Positions 35,558 through 40,294 of a stretch of 40,294 nt of DNA are shown here, piece by piece. The translations under genes were made by a program, and so were the position numbers. The stretch is from Octopus bimaculoides. Taxonomy: Eukaryota. Location: contig NC_068989.1 of NCBI RefSeq assembly GCF_001194135.2, positions 39,141,213 to 39,181,506 on the forward strand. The letters run 5' to 3'. A model generated the notes under the pieces. That model made no database searches. It was not told the DNA's origin and was given only the letters and a program-made list of their open reading frames with translations. Every line of letters starts with the position of its first letter. The stretch's first letter is position 1.

Positions 35558-35770
35558 AGTTTTTCCATGCTAAGATTGGTTGGATGACTGTTATTGATGT
35601 ATTAGTTTATGAAAGATGCCCTTCCAGTTGGTAATCCATACCTGATTTTGGAAGGGTGTATGGCTGTAAAATAGTGCTTTGATTCTTACAGTGTATTGCT
35701 GTAAAATAATGCTTTAACAATAATCTTTAATTTAGCATAGTCATCCAACCAATCTTAGCATGGAAAAACT
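35558..35770. repeat. Fold-back with perfect 32-bp inverted arms derived from the RTE tail
   Basis: AGTTTTTCCATGCTAAGATTGGTTGGATGACT (35558-35589) is the exact reverse complement of 35739-35770; an inner pair ATGCCCTTCCA / TGGAAGGGTGT is also present. Confidence 0.92.
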
Positions 35771-36228
35771 ATCTTCCAAAGCCTGAGCATTGTATTTGAA
35801 GTGGGAAACTGCTTCATTCAAATGAACCTCCTCAAAGCTCAAGAAATATCTATTTTAAAATCTACATAAGTGACAGGAGCAGTATTAATACTGAAATGAA
35901 ATATTTAACCCTACTTAAACCCTACTGTTATAACAAACTATACTGTGGTAGATGCCATGAGAGAAACTCTCATATTGGCTTTGGTGAAAATACTCTTGTT
36001 TATATCGCTAACATGGAGACAAATTCCTTCCACCTCCAGTACTAAGACCACCAGATCACATGATTTGAATTATCCTTGGTCTTGTCAATGATGGACTCTT
36101 GACTGCTTTTCCACAAGTTGTACCATAAGCTCTCCAACTTTTTTAGTTGCTTTTAAATTTCTCGATATTATACATGAAATACCTCCACAATAGCTGAATT
36201 TGTTTTGCTGCATTCAGGTTATCCTTTA

Positions 36229-36589
36229 ATTTTTACTTGTTTCAGTCATTTGACTGTGGCCATGCTGGGCCACCACTTCAAAGAATTTTTAGTTGAATGA
36301 ATCAACCTCAGTATTTAAATTTTTTGCTAAGCCTGGTACTTATTCCATTGGTTTCTTTTGCTGAACCACTCAGTTACAAAATCATACCAACACTTGCTGT
36401 TAAGCAGTGGTGGGGGATAAGTACACACACACATACGATGGGCTTCTTCCAGTTTCCATCTACCAAATCCACTCACAAGGCTTTGGCTGGTCAAGGCTGT
36501 AGTAGAAGACACCTAAAATGCCATGCAGCAGAAGCCAGAACCATATGGTTATGAAGCAAGCTTCTTATCGCATAATCATGTCTGCGCCT
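36229..36589 (-). mobile_element. tRNA-type SINE, near full length, reverse orientation
   Basis: Reverse complement runs from AGGCGCAGACATG..TAAGAAGCTTGCTT to ..CCAGCATGGCCACAGTCAAATGACTGAAACAAGTAAAA. Confidence 0.85.
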
Positions 36590-36817
36590 TTGTGTTCAAA
36601 TCAACTGCTAAGATACTGTGTATCTCAATGTTCGGTCAATGTTTTAAATAATTTAACATCAGACAAGCTGGAAATGTGATAACAGATATTCAATTTTAAT
36701 CTAATTTTTTTCTAAATATCATTAATTTTAATTATTTATTGTAAGTAGATTTGAAATACCAATTTAATGTTCATAGATATAAAATATCAATTATTATATT
36801 GTACCTATGTATTAGAT

Positions 36818-37181
36818 CAAGCATGGCTGTGTGGTAAGAAGCTTGCTTCCACCCCCACCCCCTGGTTCTGGTTTCAGTCCCACTGCATGGTGCCTTGGGC
36901 ACTGTAGTCCTGGGCCAACAAAAAACTGTGAGTTGATTTGGTTGAAGGAAATTAAAAAACCCTTGTATACGTAAATATCTATACTTGTGTATCTTTGTAT
37001 AAGTGTTTGTCACCCATCGTCACGTGGCAACCATTGCTGGTTTGTTTACATCCCTGTACTAATAGAATAAATACCAGGCTTAAAAAGGAGTCCTGGGGAT
37101 GATTGGTTTGGCTAAACCCTTTGAGGCAGTACTCCAGCATGGCTACAGTCCAATGACTGAAACAAGTAAAAAATGAAATAA
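36818..37181 (+). mobile_element. tRNA-type SINE, near full length
   Basis: GCATGGCTGTGTGGTAAGAAGCTTGCTT..GGTTTCAGTCCCACTGC (A/B-box-like head) to ..CCAGCATGGCTACAGTCCAATGACTGAAACAAGTAAAA. Confidence 0.85.
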
Positions 37182-38539
37182 ATCTAGGTTCATAAGAAGT
37201 ATAAGATATTGTGTTTATGCGAAATGGTCACATTTACAAGGTACTGGAGTTCCACCTTATAGATTATTTATATTTGCTACAGGAATTTTCATTATATTTC
37301 TAGATTCAGTATACATCTTTGGAGATATATTGCAGGGACTTAGTTCTGTTTTTGTCTTTTTTTCTTTTTGTAGTGATCGGGAGGGAGATATGTTTCTCGT
37401 GTTGATTAACACACTATCAAAGGGAACTTGTCTCTCACTTCCTTCATGCTAAAATGTGTAATAGTGTCTGTTTTTTCTGAAATAATAGAACATTTATTTT
37501 CAAAACAAGAACATTTCACCATCATCATATTTCTGTTTCTAGACATGAGTAAAAGAAAAGATGAAGTGATGGGTAGACTGGCTATAGTTTATATATATAT
37601 TTATATAAAAGTGTGTGTGTTTTCTCCCCTAAGTTTGTTCTTTTCACATTTTAGCTCATTTATTGATTTTAACGTCTTTCTTTCATTCTTTGTTCTTTCT
37701 CTTCTCTTCCAATGTTATTAATACCACCACTATAACCCTCATTTCTTCTCTACCATAATTTATATTCCTTTCCTGTAGTGGAAATAATGGGGAGGTAATG
37801 TAAACACTTCATTGCTGACTTCTGTGTTGTATTCTTCATATTGCTTATATATATATTCTTTATTTTAGTTTATTCACCTGTTTGTATTCTGCTGTCACTC
37901 CAAGTGCAATCCAACCTCTCTGCTTCTTTCTCACCATATAAACCATACATACACATACAGGAATAGATATGATTTTCTCTACCTACTAGCCCTGCCTTCT
38001 TTATCAAGCTACACTCTTCCATTGAAAAATTCTATCACATCAGCAATTTAGGAATAGATTTTTTAAAAGTTTGTCTTCAATGAAATTTCAGAGTTTCCAA
38101 TAATTATAGATGTTTCCTTGTAAATGATTCAACGAAAACAAGACAGTCTTGTTAATTCTCTATAATCTTGAATATAAAATTTCTTTTAACACTGCTGGCC
38201 ATTACTACAGTGAAACCTATAATCTAGTTGAAATATTCCAGAATGAAATGCTTGAAAGAATTCAATACAATCTGATATTTCTTGCTCTCTTTTTTCCGTT
38301 TCTGTGAGTATGTGTGCATGCATGTGTGTGTGTGCATGCATGTGTGTGTGTGCATTTGTGTGTGTGAGCCTCTCTTTCCTGCAAACACACACACAGAGAT
38401 TTATAATCTATATATAAAATTTAATAGATATTAAATTACACACACATGCCCATGTGTATGTATGTATGTATGTATGTGTGTATATAAAATTATATACACA
38501 TATACATATATGTATCTATGTATATGTATGTATATATAT

Positions 38540-38570
<31 letters not shown>

Positions 38571-39118
38571 AAATTATACACACATGTATGTATTTATCTA
38601 TATATGTTTGTGTGTGTATGTATATACGTACACATATATTTAGAAACAATTAAAGAAATAATCTACACATATAATTATGTGTACACTTTTAAACAAAGCT
38701 GTATCATTTCCACTTGATGTGTCTGTGTCCAAAACACACCATTCAATTTGTGCTGTCCAAACAATTGAAATTATGTTCTGTTTGATGCTATCTCTATAGA
38801 AAGGAGATTGCAACATAAACAAAACAAATCACATGACTTACTGCATTTTTAACCTACATCACTTAACAAACTTTATGTTACCATCACCATTGTTTTAATG
38901 TTCTTTTGTCAGTCTGGCACAGTTCAGGTACATTTCACTGAAATATATCTTTCTAAGCATTTTAATCCAAACTTACTTGTTGTGAAGCCCAAAGCTGCAG
39001 CATTCTCATTCTTTTGAACAAATATATATATATATATATATGTATGTAAGTATGTATTTATGTATGTATGTATGTTTCTATGTATGTATGGATGGATGGA
39101 TTGATGCATGCATGCTTG

Positions 39119-39337
39119 CGAGGAAGGGGGATGAAAAATTCCTGGCTTTGGGTAAAAGAAAATACAGAAGAATCAGTTAATTATGATTTTATTCAACATA
39201 TTCCCCTCTCAGATTCACACATCAATTGCAGCAGACCTCCAATTTCTCTTAGCCCTGTAAAAGAACTTGGAAATTTCAGCTTCCAATCAGGCCTTTTTTG
39301 ATATCCTTAAAGCCCAAAACTTTTCAGCATCCCTATG
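39119..39337 (-). mobile_element. Non-autonomous mariner derivative (MITE)
   Basis: TIR-like ends CGAGG..GGATGAAAAATTCCTGGCTTT / AAAGCCCAAAACTTTTCAGCATCCCTATG with TG/TA flanks; minus strand retains the mariner terminus CVNLRGEYVE*. Confidence 0.8.
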
Positions 39338-39718
39338 TAAGTCATAGGTGCTTGCCAAAGTATAAGTCTACTGAAGAACAGTAGTAAAACTTCAAGTAGA
39401 CTTCCACATAGCTTATACTAACATTCTGTTATGAGGCTGTGTTCAGCTGAGTCTCTAGTAAAAAGCATCTAAGGCATTATACTATGGTCTTGAATCCAAA
39501 TAATCTAGTTGCATAACAAACCTCTTAACCACACAGCTATAACTTCTCCCATAACCAATGTTAGAGGAATCTCATTTGAAATTGCTGATCAAGTGAAAGT
39601 AAAGTGTAACTGCAGCCTGTATTGTCAACAAACTGATCTAATGGATCCATTTAATATAGGATACATTTATTGGACATTATTTATTGATATAGAACTATTG
39701 ATGCTATAGTTCTGATGC

Positions 39719-39851
39719 GACAACTACAAGATAATGACTATTTAGATGAGTGACCATTTGAAGTGTAGCTCTGTGACTGCATTAAAAGCAGTCATACAGA
39801 GCTATACTTCAAATATTCAATCATCTAGATAGTTATTATCTTGCAGTTGTC
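39719..39851. repeat. 133-bp near-perfect palindrome (hairpin, MITE-like)
   Basis: 62-nt arm 39719-39780 pairs with 64-nt arm 39788-39851 around the 7-nt loop ATTAAAA, with a few mismatches and one 2-nt bulge. Confidence 0.92.
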
Positions 39852-40017
39852 CCACTTATGAAAAGGGGAACCTACGCAATGCTGCCCTATTACTCTCACC
39901 TTAACTGAGAAACATAATGCTTACAAGCACTATGTAGTTGCTTAGCATGCAAGAAATGGCAACTAAATCACTTCCAAATTACACCCATCCATCACAATAC
40001 ATAGCAGGAAATATAAG

Positions 40018-40294
40018 ATAGGGGTCCACCAAGGTTCCGTCCTCAGCCCCCTCCTATTTATCATAGTCCTCCAGGCGATCACAGAGGAATTCAAGACAGG
40101 TTGCCCCTGGGAGCTCCTCTATGCTGATGACCTTGCACTAATTGCGCAGTCACTATCAGAACTAGAGGAGAAGTTTAAGGTGTGGAAGCAAGGACTAGAA
40201 TCGAAGGGCCTTAGAGTCAACCTAGCAAAAACCAAAATCCTAATAAGTAGGAAGGTAGATAAAACACAAACCCCTTCAAGTAGATGGCCCTGCT
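40018..40294 (+). mobile_element. 5'-truncated RTE LINE reverse-transcriptase segment (continues past the window)
   Basis: Stop-free GVHQGSVLSPLLFIIV..WELLYADDLALIA..KGLRVNLAKTKIL..RWPC. Confidence 0.95.

Noticed and set aside
39140-39190. WVKENTEESVNYD resembling the next aminopeptidase motif WIKxN..YRVNYD
   Set aside because: Lies in the TIR region of a mariner MITE, lacks GFYR and has no suitable acceptor. The true next exon is probably beyond the window.

Overview
AT-rich, microsatellite- and TE-dense animal genomic DNA with four N gaps. The repeat families suggest an octopod cephalopod (Octopus-like); this is an inference. The window is mostly intron of one + strand host gene, an M1-family (APN/ENPEP/ERAP-like) aminopeptidase. 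Three phase-compatible exons are clear (406-537, 21001-21164, 26256-26338). Two optional in-frame 27-nt segments are predicted: a microexon at 6960-6986 and an alternative acceptor at 26229. The introns carry RTE LINE copies with (GAT)n tails, a decayed hAT transposon with TIR/TSD-bounded ends interrupted by an RTE, Tx1/L1, Vingi-like and CR1-group LINE relics, mariner and Tigger-like elements and tRNA-type SINEs. The most unusual unexplained signals are a GC-rich cluster of hammerhead-ribozyme-like motifs at 1767-1915 with an atypical strand order, and several intronic fold-back structures (35558-35770, 39719-39851, and an inverted SINE pair). Most ORFs in the supplied track are artefacts of repeats, microsatellites or gaps. 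All alignments and folds were done by eye; no database search was run.
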